Shown here: in pieces, positions 26,881 through 40,717 of the stretch
Numbering within the stretch: position 1 is the stretch's first letter
Layout: every line of letters begins with the position of its first letter
Origin: Haliotis rufescens
Lineage: Eukaryota
Direction: 5' to 3'
Assembly (NCBI RefSeq): GCF_023055435.1
Contig: NW_025963779.1
Location: forward strand, 16,058,001 to 16,122,000
Length of the DNA: 64,000 bases
Notes under the pieces: model-generated
Seen by the model: only the letters and a program-made list of their open reading frames with translations
Told to the model about the DNA's origin: nothing
Databases searched by the model: none
Program-made: the position numbers and the translations under genes

Positions 26881-28229
26881 TTCATCCACTCAGGGGCTGT
26901 GATTAGCCTTTGAAGAGATACGGGTGTCTCAGTCGGGTAAGGAACAGACACTCGCCGTAAAGAGTTGATTCCCTTGCTTCAGGATCCGTTACTTGTGAGT
27001 TCGAATCCCACATTCGTATTGATTGTGAACCCAGGCTGTGCGCATGGGTGACACTAAAGTGGTTAACGTGCACGACTTGCACATTTCACTCTACCTCCAC
27101 TTCCCCCTCAATAATCAGACACACACAGAAATAGTGAAATAGTATTCAACGCAGCGCCCAACCCAAATACCTGACACTTTTGGTATGCACGGTTAATAAG
27201 GCCCTGGACTATTCCTATCCACTTAGGGAATCGAACCCGGGATTCTGCGTGACGAGCGTCCACTTTAATCACCGGGCTGTCCGATCGACCCGACAATAAT
27301 CGATAAAATATATTCACATCATAAGGGCATTGACCTTTTTATGTGTCCTCTTCGATCACACCAAACGCAGGCCGGGGATATAGTGCAATCTACTTCACGA
27401 CACTAGAATGTGTAACGCATAAAATATTGCTCAGTAAATTATGCGTGATCATACCTGCACCGGCTGGGTGCTTGGCTGGGTGCCTGGCTGAGTGTCAAAG
27501 TTGAGAACATGTACTTGTATCACCGGTATCTGCACTAATATCCCCCCAACAGACACGTATGACCGGTTCTTTAACGGGTAGACAGTTGATAAATTTTCTA
27601 AATCATTACCATATTTGACATAACAATGACGAAGTTACATGCATATAACCGGCGTGGATCTAAGAATCTATATTTGGAACAAACTATAACATATTTAAAA
27701 GTACGTATGTTTATTATATTTATGAGGTAAAAGCATGAAGGATTGATAATTGTTTTGCGGACAGCGGAATGTTTTTTTTCTCATTGTGGAATTGCTATCC
27801 TAAGTTTTGCGACTATAAAAAAGTACAGGTTCACATACGGTACTGCTCCTAATGAAAACGACGTCCACTTGATCGCGACCAATGCGCAATACCTCACGTT
27901 GCACTCCTGGTGAAGACAAGCGTCCTATAATCGCAACAGTTTGCACCTTGATTGAAATGCAATGTAAATCACAATGACGGTGAAACAAGTTTTGAGAACA
28001 GTATGTGTTCTATGAGCATAAATAAATTGACGGCCAAAATAAACTTTACCATAGATCTAAATCACTCTAGTTTAAAAACCACAAAAGATAGATACATGAA
28101 GTAACATCTATTGAAAAGATCAAAATCTCAACCACGCATTTAAAATGACACATTGGCATGACAGTAGCCCAAATTGAAGTAAGGTAGCAAAACCAAACTT
28201 TCAACGTAATAGAAAAAGGGCACCCACAT

Positions 28230-29060
28230 CTAAAATCGCTGAAGTTCAATGACACGTCACATTAATAGCGTGAATGACCAACTCCTGCTACAAGACACGC
28301 AAACACTCTCCGGCCCACAGAAAAAGTCAATCGTCTGATGACGTCACGCAGGATACGTCGCCATTCTACATGGATGGCCTGGGTCAGTTCTTGAAGGACG
28401 AATTATGTCATCCATGTAACGCTGAGCTGACAGAATAGAAAGAATAGATGGCTTTCATCAGTTAATACGACCCTGTGCCAGTCAAGTCGCTGCCAACGAC
28501 GTATACAGTCCAGGCCCATCTCGCCATGGTCGCTGATGACGTCATTTTCAGGAATCGATTCCGGACATGCAAAGTACGCAAATACCGGTCTTCATTGGGC
28601 GTAGTTACCCTGGGTCTGCCTGTTCCTGGCCTGTCTGATGTCTGCCCGGTCTTTCTGTAACGTTGCATTAGATTCGTTACAGCAACACGGGGTCAACCAA
28701 AAGTTCTAACAATATGGGAATGGGTGGCTCCCATCTGCATCATACCCAGAGCCCGCTCGCGTTTTTTGGCCGTCAGTCGTGGCATGTCGGTGTTGTTGTT
28801 TTTTATCAGTGTGGGTGTCTGACATGCCGTCCGTATAATTTATATACCCTCATTGAACGTGCAGGTTCGGCTGCCCAAGTGAAACGTGTTTTCCACTTTT
28901 TCGCATTTTCTAAAAAAGCAGCCGCGAACGTTTATCACTTTCTGCATAGTGCATTGTTGTGTTTGGATGATGTGTTTTGCATTTATTTATTTTGAACTTT
29001 TGTTTATATTTTTTTGCAATTTCCTTTGTGGAGTGGTGAAATTACTTTTGGCCCTCAGTA
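28230..29060 (-). mobile_element. Tc1/mariner transposase relic (N-terminal HTH part)
   Basis: QRYRKTGQTSDRPGTGRPRVTTPNEDRYLR..RNRF (GRPR motif); TIR-like end ..TTTTGGCCCTCAG followed by TA at ~29060. Confidence 0.75.
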
Positions 29061-29697
29061 TATGTCGCCGTAAGTGTTTTATAACTATTGCTTTAGTGGT
29101 ATAAACCGTCATTGACGTACCTCTCTACTTACCTGTAGTTACTACTTACAATACACCATTGAACATAAGAGATCATTGTTCCACAATAGGTCGTGCTTAT
29201 TCATCGACTCGTATACTTACAAAACCAGGAAGTAAAACACGAGGATTACAATGTTTCAATGGACATCGAGTGCATAACGCGTTGCCTGACACTCCAAAAA
29301 GTAAACCCCAAACCAAACAATACAGAAACTAAACTTGAGATTGATGCTGTACAAATAACTAACTGTCGTGAAGTGGAAGGTTGAGTGAATTATACACGTG
29401 TAAATAGCACTGGCCGGGTGATGAATGACACAAAAGACCAGTCCGGATACCTAGGCTGGACGGTTGTGCACGTAATCTTTTCCATAAATCACCGGAACAA
29501 ATCCGTGGCGAGTCAGTTCAAGGAGCACTTTAAATCACAAGTTAAATTTTTTAAAAAGAATCTGGTAAATAAGTAAACCCTTCCGGGTTAAGGAACTGTT
29601 AAACTGGTTTGAACTTATAGAGAGAGCATGTAATATTGTCCTGCAACGCGTTCTGTTCCTACAGAATTGTCGGTGCCTTTATGTCTGTATTTTTTGA

Positions 29698-29946
29698 TTG
29701 AGTGAGTGAGTGAGTTGGGTTTAACGCCGCTTTTAACAGAATTCCAGTCATATCGCGGCGTGTCAGCTTAATGTGGGAGGAAAGCCCGAAGTGATGCAGG
29801 TCTTAGACGTTTACCACTTCGGTGAAACCCACGAGCACGGGTATGGTGCTGACAAACCTAGAAACATTATCGGGGCGAACCGGGATTCGAACCCACAATC
29901 ATAGGTTTCTGGCGTGCCCAAGGAACGCAACTCTGCACAGCGAATC
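29698..29946 (-). mobile_element. SINE family B
   Basis: Near-identical to 1678-1930. Confidence 0.9.
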
Positions 29947-31449
29947 TGTTTTGATTGAAGCAAACAGAGTAAATCATGATGTTGTTCAAAACAAACATAC
30001 ACTCAATCGTGATCCAATTCACCATTCCGGGGCGCAATGCAACTGTAAGACATTTTAAAATATCAAATGTTTGTAGAAGTGATTTTCTTTTTCATCTACT
30101 ACTTTAGGGTCGTGGTTTATGCCATCCAGCTATGGGCAAGCACTTGGCGAGGGTTAAACTTACAAGGGCAAGTCACAACTCACCTGATTCAATTTCCGAC
30201 CTTTCTTGGATCCGCAAATCTTACGTTATACCTGTTTGATGATATTAACAATGCACCTATTGTATATCATTATGAATTTATAAATATTGGTGTGATAATG
30301 AAACAATTCGTTTTTAATAGTATTTGATCAATGTAACTTCGTGGGTATCCTGAGTTAGAATAGGTTCCCAGCAGCGCATGCTGGTATTGGATCGGGTGGT
30401 CAGGCTCGGCGGCCTGGTTGATTGCGTGGATCGTTGTTCATACCAATCACTGAAATGTCTGGTCGATTATTTACAGCCCGTCATGGTCATAATGCTGGAA
30501 TAAATCTGAATGAGGTCACCGTGTTAAACTACAAACGCATACATATTCATCCCATTTGCCTACGGATATTAGCCTGTGGTTATTTAGACGCCAGCTGTTC
30601 TTTTCAGTTGAACATAGATTTGTATTTTGCTTGCATGTCACCGTATCCCCCAGATCACTATGACTCAGCATTATCGCAGACCTGATGACGATGACACGTA
30701 GAAATACCAATAGAGTGATCAGCAGATTAGCATAACCTCATTCATCTGCATTCGAGTATCGGCTAATGGTTGTCTGGATACCTGTAGACATCTACCGGAC
30801 TTCGATCTTTGTGACGTCACTCGGACACATCTGTACAGTGTATCTCGCATACATGGTTACGGACAGAACAACATTACAGTGTTATAAACGAAAGTATATC
30901 GAGTTTGTTTATATGTTATTGGAAATTGAAATAACTGTTGTTAAATTTTATTATGTCTATTGAACCATGCTCATTCCTGCTTCAGTTTGTAAAACAGTAG
31001 TCTGTGGCTGGGTAATTTTGTATAAAAATAAACTGGTTCAAAGAAGACTTGGGTAAGAAATGAATTTGCAACCATTTGAACGTTGAACCGTTTGAACCGT
31101 TTCGACTGGACGTTGGTTTCTGACGTAATCCAGTTCTAAAAGGATAGTCACTTATTCCTGCTTCAGTTTATAAAAAATCAAAACCTGTGGTTGGATAAGA
31201 GGATCGTTACATGTGAAGGGCCGTTACAGTAGCTGACCACAGACACCTCTTGATCAGGAGCGACAGCGTGGTATTTACATCACCTTTCAGTGGCAAGGCG
31301 TCATATAAAACATTGCTAATAGAACCCTTGCTCAAAGAACAACGGGTCAACATGTCAGTGCCTATCGAGAGGGAACATCTACAGGATGTAGTCATGGGAA
31401 GGTTCTAGAAGACCCTGGGTTCTATCCGAGGACCACTAGGAACAGCTAA

Positions 31450-31800
31450 CCTACAACCAGTTCTGTGTATGGATCGGAAGACGTAGAAGGACAACTAACG
31501 GTTAATATCTCTCTTGTATTCTGCCTTAGCGGGAGTACTCGTCCTGTTGGACGGTCCTACAACCAGTTCTATGTAGAGATCTGAAGGCGTTGTAGGGCAG
31601 CTAACAGTTAATATCCCTCCCGAGTTCTGCCCTAGCGGGAGTACTCGTCCCACTAGACGGTCCTACAACCAGTTCTATGTAGAGATCTGAAGACGAAGAA
31701 GGACAACTAACGGTTAATATCTCTCCCGAGCACTGTCCTCGTGGGAGGAACCTTCTTGTGCGATGGTCCTAAGTCCAGCGGTTCTAAGTAGGGATCTGAG
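31450..31800. repeat. 106-bp tandem repeat, ~3 copies
   Basis: CCTACAACCAGTTCT recurs at 31450, 31556 and 31662. Confidence 0.8.
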
Positions 31801-33234
31801 CGTCATAATGCCATAATAAATATAAACACACGGCTGTTGTACCGCTGAGATTTGTTTGTAATACTCCACCATACAGTAAGGTTTAAGTATCGTTATCAAC
31901 AGTTGTTTGGAACACCGACCTAAAGTAGTTTGACGCATTCTGACTTCAGAACGGTTTAAGGCGTTAATATGAAGGGGCCAAGAAAACAGGATAACAGTAC
32001 TTGCAGGGGAGTAAGAAACCTAAACGGAATGCTGTCCCTTTATGAGTTTAATGATGAGGTATTTATGTTCGGGGAAACATCAATTAGTATAAGGAGAGTC
32101 AACACAAAATACTGAAACAAACTTGGAGTTGGATTTAAAGCCGCATTTACATCAGTTGGGGCTTTTCGCAGGGTGTCACTTAATGTTGGGGGAAAACACT
32201 GTAAATCCTGATCGTTGATGCTGACAACCTTTGTGAAACCCACGAGGGTAAGGTTCAGACGTGACAAGGGTGCGTTATCAGGGTAAATGTGGGATTCGAA
32301 TCCACGATTTGTGATTCCTGGCTTGTCTGAGAGACCGACGCACGGCGTGTGTCACCACAATGAGGCCCTAACATTTAATATTCTGAGTGGGGGGAACAAT
32401 TAAATGTTTGTTCAAGCTATCACCACTCCCCAAACCCGCGTGAAATGGACGGTCCCCAAGCTTAGTCATTCTTACTTAAGGGATATATAAAGATCCTAGC
32501 TGCATTGAGGACTTGAGCAAAAACTCACACCTCACCCGATCCAATGTCCTCGTAACCTTGGATCCGTAGAAACAGTTTTTTAAGGAAGACGATATGTATT
32601 GGACGTTGTATTAGTCACCCAATTTGTAACCTTTTTCTAATAACGGTAATCTATCAGTCGTTCACTCCACTATATATGACATTTTAAACAGCTGTTGCAA
32701 GTTAGCATAGTTTATAAACAAACAAATTCTTAATAATGTTTTGTATTGCTGACATGCCATTACATTTTATTCGCTGTAATATTACTGTAGGTGTTGACCT
32801 AGAGAAGAAAACCGGTACCTTATCTTTAAACTTTCCAGACGGTTTTTCACCTACATCAATATCTACTAACCGCCTCAACGAATCAATTACTCTCAACTCG
32901 ATCTGCCCCACAAACCCCGGCTTAAGGTTCAGGTGACCTCCCCGCGGTCCCGGGGTAATGAAACCCACAGTGTTATCGTGGTCTATATCAGCTGTATACA
33001 GCTCCAGGGTAATATCTCTTGATTAATTGACCTTAAATGTTACGTACATAGAGAGCCTACTGAAGCTTTAATCATTCGGAACGTAAACAATGCTTTGGGA
33101 ACATTATGGTTTAAACGTTAAAGGCATAGTGAGAACATTTTTTGCATTATGATAGTTAGTACATATGTTTTAAACTGACAAGAAAAACAACAATTCTTCA
33201 CCGCACCCTTTTTCTTTATCTCTATGTGTCAATC

Positions 33235-34020
33235 TCCTCTTCTCTCTCTCCCCTCCCTCTCTCTTCCAGTCTCGCCCTCTCCTTCACTCCCTCTGCCTCT
33301 CTCTCCCATCCTCTCTGTCTCCTCCCTCTCTCTCCTCTTCTCTCTCCCCTCCCCCTCTCATTCATTGTCTCTCTCACTCTCGCCCTCTCCTTCACTCCCT
33401 CTGCCTCTCTCTCCCATCCTCTCTATCTCCCTCCCTCTCTCTCTCCTCTTCTCTCTCCCCTCTCCCACTCTCGCCCTCTCCTTCACTCCCTCTGCCTCTC
33501 TCTCCCATCCTCTCTATCTCCCTCCCTCTCTCTCTCCTCTTCTCTCTCCCCTCTCCCACTCTCGCCCTCTCCTTCACTCCCTCTGCCTCTCTCTCCCATC
33601 CTCTCTATCTCCCTCCCTCTCTCTCTTTCTCTCTCCTCTTCTCTCTCCTCTTCTCTCTCCCCTCCCCCACTCTCGCCCTCTCCTTCACTCCCTCTGCCTC
33701 TCTCTCCCCTCCCTCTCTCTTCCAGTCTCGCCCTCTCCTTCACTCCCTCTGCCTCTCTCTCCCATCCTCTCTGTCTCCTCCCTCTCTCTCCTCTTCTCTC
33801 TCCCCTCCCCCTCTCATTCATTGTCTCTCCCACTCTCGCCCTCTCCTTCACTCCCTCTGCCTCTCTCTCCCATCCTCTCTATCTCCCTCCCTCTCTCTCT
33901 TTCTCTCTCCTCTTCTCTCTCCTCTTCTCTCTCCCCTCTCCAACTCTCGCCCTCTCCTTCACTCCCTCTACCTCTCTCCATCTCTCTTTCTCTCCTTTTC
34001 TGTCTACCTCACTCTCTCTC
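33235..34020. repeat. Polypyrimidine (CT-rich) compound repeat with higher-order units
   Basis: Recurrent CTCGCCCTCTCCTTCACTCCCTCTGCCTCTCTCTCCC block. Confidence 0.9.
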
Positions 34021-34598
34021 TCCGAGGTTTTCGCGGTTGATTATATGCCTATAAGTAACCATTGCGTGTATATGTGCTGACAGGAAGATCACATAAAGTC
34101 TTAAACTAGTGTGTTTGTTCATTGAGCCGTATGTCTGACGCAAAACTGTGCAGTTCTCTGAGAATATTATACTAGTTAAAGCAACACACGAGTCATGTGA
34201 GGACGTGTGTAGGTAGTCTGGTTGGAGAAAAGACTTCCATGAGACGTTTGTAAGATCTGTATATTGACCTCAAAACTGTCTGATCGATAGCCTCTATGTA
34301 ACAGGGGACACACTGGTATATCTGTGGTAGGGAAAAGGTTGCTATTACGCACAATGCTACTACTTAAATCCTGTCGATAGTTCAAGGCAAGTACTTCTCA
34401 GTATTCCCAGACGCAATTTAATTTTAAAGAAGCATGTGATCAAAAGTTAGCACTCCTCCATAAAGCGAATAAAACATTAACATGTCGTGTTTCTGTGAAT
34501 AAAATGACATTTGTTTGTTCATAAAAGGACAAGCAAATGCATTCGTGCAAGATCTACGGTTGTCAGAGGAAGATCGTGAATACCTATATTCCATATAA

Positions 34599-34881
34599 AT
34601 AGTGGCAATTTAAAAGTGTTTCCGTGAACATAGTGGCAATTTTATAGTGTTTCCGTGAACATAGTGGCAATTTAATAGTGTTTCCGTGAACATAGTGGCA
34701 ATTTAATAATGTTTCCCTGAACACAGTGGAAATTTGATAGTGTTTCCCCGAACATAGTGGCAATCTAATAGTGTTTCCCTGAACATAGTGTCAATTTAAT
34801 AGTGTTTCCGTGAATATTGTGGCAATTTAATTGTGTTTCCGTGAATAGAGTGGCAAGTTAATCGTGTTTCCGTGAACATAA
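34599..34881. repeat. 31-bp minisatellite, ~9 copies
   Basis: Unit ATAGTGGCAATTTAATAGTGTTTCCGTGAAC. Confidence 0.9.
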
Positions 34882-35689
34882 TAACTCTTGATTCGTGAAT
34901 AAGTTAATAATAGAAGGCCTTGGTCCAGACCTGACTGACTACGCCAACAGACAACTGGTCTCAAGAAACGACGTCCTATAACTATAGGAAACAGGTTTAC
35001 TCCTCAGGAATACGAGTTGTAAGTTTGATAATAACGTCACTCCAACACCCACACAAAAACCGCATGTCATCTGAGAACAACAAGCCTATCTTTCCAGTTT
35101 AAACACGTACAGCAAACGTTCGTCAGCCCCTCCCCCACGAGTGGTCACCCCCGCATACCCCGGGAGGGGTGGAGCAACATAGCGCGGTAAATGGCTTGTT
35201 TGCGTACTTATAATCAGGAGCTAATAAACCGTGATGAGTTGTGAAACGCAGACCAAACCCTGTCACCTGTACGAAATCACTTGCGAAACACTGTGTTGTT
35301 GATACCATACACCCCGACCAACAATGCGCGCTTCATATGGGTTGTAATGATTTCACTGTTTGCCTATTGTTCGTGTTGCTAAGAAATAATGTGAGAAACA
35401 CATTCCTCGTTACGTCGTATAAGAGGAGTGTTGGTTCTTGCGAAATTCGTAATGTTCCGGTGATGACTTTGAACAAAGATTCAATACATGATAGGGTTAT
35501 CCTTAGTAGTCTACCAATGGCAGATACCCGATATGAGACTTTTTGAAAATTACGACCGATTCTTGAAAAATTTTGCTCAAGCAGACATGTGTAGAAGCGA
35601 TTCAAGCGAGTCATTTGAGTGAGTGAGTGAGTGAGTTGAGTTTAACGCCGTTTTGAACTGTTTTTTCAGTCATATAATGTCAGCCTATG

Positions 35690-36112
35690 ATGTAGGGATT
35701 CACCATCTTCCCGAGGCAAGTGAGTTAACTGACTATAAAAGTCCAGTTTCTACTCTGGACTTTTAAAGTCAGTTAACTCTCTCAGGAAGATGGGGATTCA
35801 CATGGGCACAGTTGCGCTCCCATTCTTGCTGATTTGTTTCTTTATACATAAAAGTCAGAATGTCTGATTGGATTGGCAGAAACAAGGGAATTTGGCCAAG
35901 ATGGTTTACCTAAGCTTCAGGCATATCGATGATATAATAGCGCTGATTAATCAAACAGCCAAACTAGGAATATTAGAGACTAGAGAAACCCCCTCATATT
36001 TTTCATTTTTTATCTATGTTTACAAAATTCACGTGACAAAAAATATCCACAAGTTTGTATGTCAAGAAGGATGACTTCAACTTTCCAATAGTCAACTTTC
36101 CCTCTATGTCGA
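35690..36112 (+). mobile_element. Penelope-like RT relic, split by a MITE and truncated by SINE C
   Basis: VGIHMGT..LADLFLY, SFRHIDDII and KKDDFNFPIVNFP motifs across frames. Confidence 0.65.
35703..35793. mobile_element. 91-bp palindromic MITE (same family as 22560-23103)
   Basis: CCATCTTCC...GGAAGATGG termini; TSD GGATTCA at 35696-35702 and 35794-35800. Confidence 0.8.
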
Positions 36113-36116
36113 GGCA

Positions 36117-36310
36117 TCTGTAAATAATCGAGTCTGGACCAGACAATCCAGTGATTGACATCATGAGCATCGATCCACGCATTTGGAATACGATGACATG
36201 CTTCAACCAAGTCAGCGAGCCTGATCACCCGATCCCGTTAGTCGCCTCCTACGACAAGCATAGTCGCCTTTCACGACAAGAATGGTTGTTGAAGACCTAT
36301 GCTACCCCAG
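36117..36310 (-). mobile_element. SINE family C, partial
   Basis: Body and part of head match the family. Confidence 0.8.
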
Positions 36311-37551
36311 AGGACTGTTATTTCTACTTTATTATATCTAATGCCGGAGAAAAAGAATGTATATACTTAAAAATCGGATTTGACCAGAATTTCAAACGTT
36401 AACGAAATGTTACTGAAGCAGTCACTGTAACATTGTACACTTAAGGTCCAGATCAATATTATGATAGCCGTGATCACCACCACCGAATAACCATGTTTTT
36501 ATTTGTTTCATTTTTAGCTACCATCAAACACGGGTCTGTACTTTTTTTCGCCCAGCAGTTTATATATCTTTGATGTTGAAATATATATTAAATATTTGTA
36601 TGTTTGATGGGTTTTTTTAAAACAAGATCTTTTATGGTCGATTGGACTAAATACAGTGATTCCGTCACATCATGTCAGCAATGGTCATATTAATTATCAC
36701 TAAGCAGCTAAAATATGTTCATAGTACCTTCCTGAGTATATACCAATCGTGAGTATATAAAGATCGCAGGAGAAATGTATAATAACGTTCTGGTCTGTTT
36801 GTCCTCAAAAGCATCCCTTTAAATTGATATTATATTTCCTCTATTAAATAAAGAAATTTAAAAAAAAAAAAGAATTATACAAAATATAGCAAACATCGTT
36901 GTGTCACCGTCAATAGTTCCCGTCTTCTCGCTGAGCTATATCATTGTTCCTTAGTTACTGTTGGTAAGTCATCTCGCAAGAACACATCACTTCCGTGTTT
37001 TGTTGAGTGACAGGTCATGTACACTTGAAACATACACACGCCACTCAGCACTAACACGATGCGTGGGGAATGTCTTGTTTCTCGAGAACTTAACGCTACG
37101 CGACAACCGGCTAGTGCTAAAACACCCACCTACGCACCGAGACAACTTGAGATATGAACGAGCTGATGTTTACACGATTCACTGAACACTATACCAGTTA
37201 TATCACGACACCCACATTGACAGCAGGTTGATCAATTCACGAGTCTCAACGCATGATAACATTTATCAACCAAAACTTGCTTCCCAAGAAGCTATGGCTT
37301 GGCTGAGATCAAGCGATATCTACATTGTAGATATTGCTTCAATGAAATTGCGTCACGATGCTTTGCAGACCATTGTGACGTCATTGTTACCATGACGTCA
37401 CAATCAAATGGCATCACTAACGGCTCTGCTATAAACAGCATACTATTTCAAATCATTAACATTGAATTATATAACAAGGAGACTTAATTTAATCCCTGTT
37501 AATATCTCCACACACAAATAGCCATACAAATATATATTCCATCTGTATTAA

Positions 37552-39139
37552 CCCTCATGGTGCCTGGACGTCAGTCAGCCTGCAAACCGCGCAGTGCCGC
37601 ACTGTGATGACGTCGCGGTTACAAAAACGTATACATTGTTTAAAAAGTGTAACAACGTTCTTATTTCTTCACACAACGTTACGAAATTATACGACATAAT
37701 AGATTTTTAAATTGCCTTTCGGTGAGTCTAAAAGTTGTTGCAATATGAGTTTATTGACATTCTGGTGGTGATCAGCTGTTTGTTTACGTCACAACAAGAG
37801 AGGTCGTTCCACGCGCACCTGTCTAGACGACAAGTTTTCAACAGCGGGATAATATTCTTATAATATTTTCTCATGTGGAATTTATATTGGAACATGAAAT
37901 AATTTCACAATATATATACTTTACGGTTGGCTACATGAACATTAGACACACGGAAAGTACTATTTCAGCAACCCAATCATAGCCATTTTTACAGTGAAAG
38001 GAAAAACAAATCGAAAACTTACATAGGCATGCTAACACACACGGTTTTCATCAGCCGTAAACGTAAACACGAAAAGGTAAAGTTCATATAAGACTATAAG
38101 TGAAACTTTTGTAGCCAGTAGGTGTAATATTGATGTACCTCTCATATATTCCAAAGAATCTGGAGCCGATGTACCACATGCGGAACCGGTCTGGGCACAA
38201 TATTGTTAAAAATGGCGTCGAGTTCAATTTTCATTTCATGACGACATTTTTTTAAAATTGAATTTTCGGTAAAATGTCAACTGATGTGAATATGTCTACA
38301 CATAATCGTTAAGTTTGATCAATCGTGTGTGACAAATCATTATATTCTATGCTGATTGATAAGTGTACGGAGTCGAAATTAGTGGCCAGACAAGGCAAAC
38401 TCATTGGAATAAAATGACGCACAGCAATCATGTAAACTTGGTTTCGTTCTGTTCTTGCGTATGTCACATATTTTACAATTGTGGTTCATATCCTTCTTTT
38501 CAACGACCATAATTTATACCAAAATGGTGTTCATTATCAAAGCATTCTTTCTATAGGTTTGCTTTTCATATTTTCTTTTCATGAACGTCCTAAATGTAAT
38601 GGAAATATGCACTGTCGTTTTCTCATGTGTACCGACCATTCCGCCATTACCGACAGTCGATAAAAATATACAAAACGTGTAAACAAACTTGTTCGTAAAG
38701 GAGTGAACAGAATTGTATTTACGTGAATAAGTATACAGTTGGGACAAATATGTCTTTCTGACCACTCAGGTCATATTATTTCTTATGAACAAGGATTTTG
38801 TCTGAAAATATTTACGTGTATGTGACATGGGTGCATAATCAAAATTCGCCGTCATTCGCTTGGTGTTCAAACATGGCAGAAAAAGGCCGAGAAGAGCGGT
38901 AGCCACTTTACTAATATCGCCATATTTCGCCGTAGCATCGTATTAAGTATGAGTTACACGATGTTAAAGCTAAGATGATTGGGGTGATGATGGTTATAAT
39001 TTTGTCTTTGTGCACTCAGTGTATGATATCTAAATTCACGGTTTTAAAAGGGCATTTTCTCGGGACCATATATGGTCCCTTGGCACCATGCGGGTGTGAA
39101 AAGTGAGGGACCATATATGGTCCTGTGGCACCAAGAGGG
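37552..39139. mobile_element. Non-autonomous piggyBac-type DNA transposon
   Basis: TTAA|CCCTCATGGTGCC ... GGCACCAAGAGGG|TTAA; two subterminal GGACCATATATGGTCC palindromes at ~39062 and ~39107; no transposase ORF. Confidence 0.8.
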
Positions 39140-39965
39140 TTAAACGACATGCAATGGGAGGAAGTACTTGCGCAATTTCATTTGATTAGGTAAAACTATC
39201 TATCATCATAACTTCGAAAATTGACTTGATTCTTAGAATTATATAAATGCAACTATAAAACTGTCATCGTTTTTAAAATATACGTACAGTGTAATTGTCA
39301 CATAAAAGAATAAAACGTACAAATAAAACGGTCATAAACGTAGGTAGATCTTGGCGGGTTATGTATTGAGAATCTGCATTAATGTTATCCTTTTGAAACT
39401 ATACCCCTACATATTAATAACATTATATAGAGTTCCGGTTACCTAAGGCCACGAGCAAACCAGATTTGATATTAAAGTTGATAAAATGAGTAACTGATTC
39501 AGCTGTTTCAGCTGTCGGGACTATTTTGAATAATCAAAATAGTCATCGCTGTTGGAATTGAACTCGCTTATCACTCAATGTTTTAGTTTAACTTCTATGT
39601 CCCTGGCGGGGGTCACAGCGGTAGCCATCACACAAGGTGTGAGGAGAGGGAAAATAACCGTTACGGCTAAACGTTTTTTAATCAATGACATTATAATGAC
39701 CAGAAGATAATAAAAAGTTGGGATGAAGGCTTGGAACATTTTGGAACATTTTGTATGAGATATTTCAAAGCGTTAAGAATATCTTTAACTTCGCTCATTT
39801 ATATAAGTCGCATGCGCCGTCTGTTGGTGAAACCAGTTCATGGGGCAGTCTATTTGTTCCAAAAGGGGAGGACCAGGTGAGTACTCAATTGAGATTGGTA
39901 GGTAAAACTTATAACGTCGTTATGTTTCTGCAGTAAACAGAACTGCAGGACCCTGTTCCACAAAG

Positions 39966-40132
39966 GGGGCAGTCGGGTAGCCTAGTGGTTAAAGCGTTAG
40001 CTCGTCACGCCGAAGACCCGGGTTCGATTCCCGACATGGGTACAATGTGTGAAGCCCATTTCTGGTGTCCCCCGCCGTGATATTGCAGGAATATTGCTAA
40101 AAGCGGCGTAAAACCATACTCACTTCACTTCA
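39966..40132 (+). mobile_element. SINE family A, full length
   Basis: tRNA-Asp-like head (GTC loop, GGTTCGATTCCC); 13-bp TSD CTGTTCCACAAAG at 39953-39965 and 40133-40145. Confidence 0.9.
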
Positions 40133-40366
40133 CTGTTCCACAAAGTGATCTCACTATTGTCGGGAGTAAAGATATTGGAGTTACGATCGTCTTAGCGCGA
40201 AGATCGTTTTGTGGATCTGATCTTTTTTTAATTCCTTGATGTTTTGTCGTATCTCTCACATCGTATACGTATCTGTGTAGAACATTCTCCGTGATCAACC
40301 GGAAATACTACTGATCTGACAACGATGTCTTCTCCCATACCTCTTTATTCACATTCACAGATTTGG

Positions 40367-40717
40367 ATCGCCTCCGTGGTCTGGTGGTAGAGCGTCCACC
40401 CGGAGATCGGAAGGCCCGGGGTTCGATCTCCGGCCGCGTCATAACAAAAAAAAAGATGGTACTTGTTGTTACCCTGCCTTACTGGCGCTCGGCATTAAGG
40501 GGCTAAAACAAGGAATCGTCGGCTCGGAATCAGTATACTGTATCTGAATGGGGCATTCATGTTAAACTGCGGCATGGTATCTAAGTGGGCCAGCACTATG
40601 AAATCGGCATCAGTCCGGACTAGTACAAGCAGCCACACACACTCACAGACACACGTGCATGAACGTTGCTATATAAGTGCAATAATCTTGAACGCGACGT
40701 TAAACCCCATTTCACCA
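40367..40717 (+). mobile_element. SINE family D
   Basis: Aligns with 23572-23927. Confidence 0.85.

Noticed and set aside
33224-34080. Leu/Ser/Pro ORFs (and the similar 42145..43089 ORF)
   Set aside because: Low-complexity CT and GT repeats that lack stop codons by composition
39966-40045. tRNA-Asp gene (and similar tRNA-like heads at 23572 and 1967)
   Set aside because: No proper acceptor stem or poly-T terminator; continues into a SINE body and is flanked by TSDs
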